Origin: Clostridia bacterium
Lineage (GTDB): Bacteria; Bacillota; Clostridia; Oscillospirales; CAG-272
NCBI GenBank assembly: GCA_017467085.1
Contig: JAFTSW010000072.1
Location: forward strand, 26,753 to 90,752
DNA length: 64,000 nt
Direction of reading: 5' to 3'
This document shows, one piece after another, positions 63,077-64,000 of this stretch (positions are counted from its first letter, which is position 1; each line of letters opens with the position of its first letter). The translations under genes were made by a program, and so were the position numbers. Below the pieces are notes generated by a model. That model saw only the letters and a list, made by a program, of their open reading frames with translations. It ran no database searches and had not been told where the DNA came from.

Positions 63077-63955
63077 TCAAAGCCCCTTTGCAAATTCACG
63101 CAGGAAGGCGATAAAGTCATCCTTGATTTCGGGGTGCGTCACGGCCTTGGCAACGTTTGCCATCATAAAGCCCAGCTTTGAGCCCATATCGTAACGGGTT
63201 CCCTCAAACTCCAAGGCGGTAACGCCCTTGGCTCTGGCGTACTCCGCCATCGCGTCGGTCAGCTGGATTTCGCCGCCTGCCCCGGGAGGCAAAGCGTCGA
63301 TAATGTCGAAGAATTCGGGGGTCAACAGCACACGCCCCAGAATAGACAGGTTGGTAAATTCCTTGCCGGGAGCGGGCTTTTCAATCATATCGTCGCAGAA
63401 ATACAGGTTCTCGGTGCCCTCGATTTTCTCCGCCTTCAAGGAGCAATACTTGCGCACCTGCTCCATAGGAACGGGCTTCACGCCCACCACGGGGCGCCCG
63501 TATGCCTCGTATGCGTCAATCAGCTGACGGCAAACGGGGGTTTGGGAGAAAATAATATCGTCACCGTACAGCACCGCAAAGGGCTCGTCCCCCACAAAGC
63601 TGCGGGCTCTGCCCACGGCGTGTCCAAGGCCCTTTGCCTCCTTCTGGCGAAGGAAGTAAATGTTTGCCTTATCGGCAATGGCGCGCATTCTTTCAATTTC
63701 CTTGGTTTTGCCCGAAAGAGCCAGGCGGGATTCGTATTCGGGAGAATAGTCGAAGAAGGACTCCATTGCGTCCTTGTCACGGTTGGTGATAACCAGAATA
63801 TCCTCGATGCCCGAGGCAACCGCCTCCTCCACCAGATACGAAATGGCGGGCATATCCACAATGGGAAGCATCTCCTTGGGAACGGCGTGAGAAATGGGCA
63901 GCATACGGGTGCCAAGACCTGCGGCGGGAATGATGGCTTTCTTTACGGTTTTCAT
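63077..63955 (-). CDS. galU: UTP--glucose-1-phosphate uridylyltransferase
   Basis: KAIIPAAGLGTRMLPISHAVPKEMLPIVD and ..LRQKEAKGLGHAV... GAAAGGAAAAA SD. Confidence 0.9.
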   Translation of the reverse strand: MKTVKKAIIPAAGLGTRMLPISHAVPKEMLPIVDMPAISYLVEEAVASGIEDILVITNRDKDAMESFFDYSPEYESRLALSGKTKEIERMRAIADKANIYFLRQKEAKGLGHAVGRARSFVGDEPFAVLYGDDIIFSQTPVCRQLIDAYEAYGRPVVGVKPVPMEQVRKYCSLKAEKIEGTENLYFCDDMIEKPAPGKEFTNLSILGRVLLTPEFFDIIDALPPGAGGEIQLTDAMAEYARAKGVTALEFEGTRYDMGSKLGFMMANVAKAVTHPEIKDDFIAFLREFAKGL

Positions 63956-64000
63956 AGGATTTTTCCTTTCTTCGTTTGAAGGCTTCTGCCTTTTCAGATT

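Overview
64-kb chromosomal segment that looks GC-rich by eye (GC was not computed). The gene content fits a spore-forming Clostridia-type Firmicute: SleB-like hydrolase, DnaD/DnaC-like loaders, Rex, a YerC/TrpR-like regulator and a hisZ-type his operon. I call about 50 protein genes. I saw no rRNA, tRNA, CRISPR array, transposase or integrase.

Layout:
1. 1-5.8 kb: operon pairing a membrane-anchored vWA protein with a giant tubulin/FtsZ-like GTPase. The GTPase ORF is missing from the supplied track because it is open at the window edge.
2. 6.2-13.2 kb: glycoside-hydrolase cluster with one large GH3, an esterase and two tandem GH3 paralogs.
3. 13.3-14.4 kb: lower-GC kinase-fold gene.
4. 14.5-34.2 kb: mixed housekeeping genes (nnr, nadE, murD, nifS-like, dus and others).
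5. 34.1-35.8 kb: AT-richer single-gene AAA-ATPase/PD-(D/E)xK cassette, flanked by exact 31-bp direct repeats in the 3' end of dus.
6. 36.2-42.4 kb: 2017-aa secreted protein with four LamG-like modules, followed by an untracked 46-codon ORF.
7. 30.2-30.7 kb and 42.5-42.9 kb: two intergenic arrays of short GC-rich hairpins carrying a GTGATAT head.
8. 43-47.3 kb: AraC / phosphotriesterase-family / M24 peptidase cluster.
9. 47.4-54.9 kb: complete his operon on the minus strand. It starts with a YerC/TrpR-like regulator gene, has a fused hisZ-hisG, and its hisIE carries an in-frame TAG.
10. 55-64 kb: transporter, glycosyltransferase, replication-loader genes, rex, tsaD, rimI, galU.

All calls rest on motifs read from the translations and on manual coordinate indexing. 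No database or structure search was possible, so family names are recognition-level assignments.
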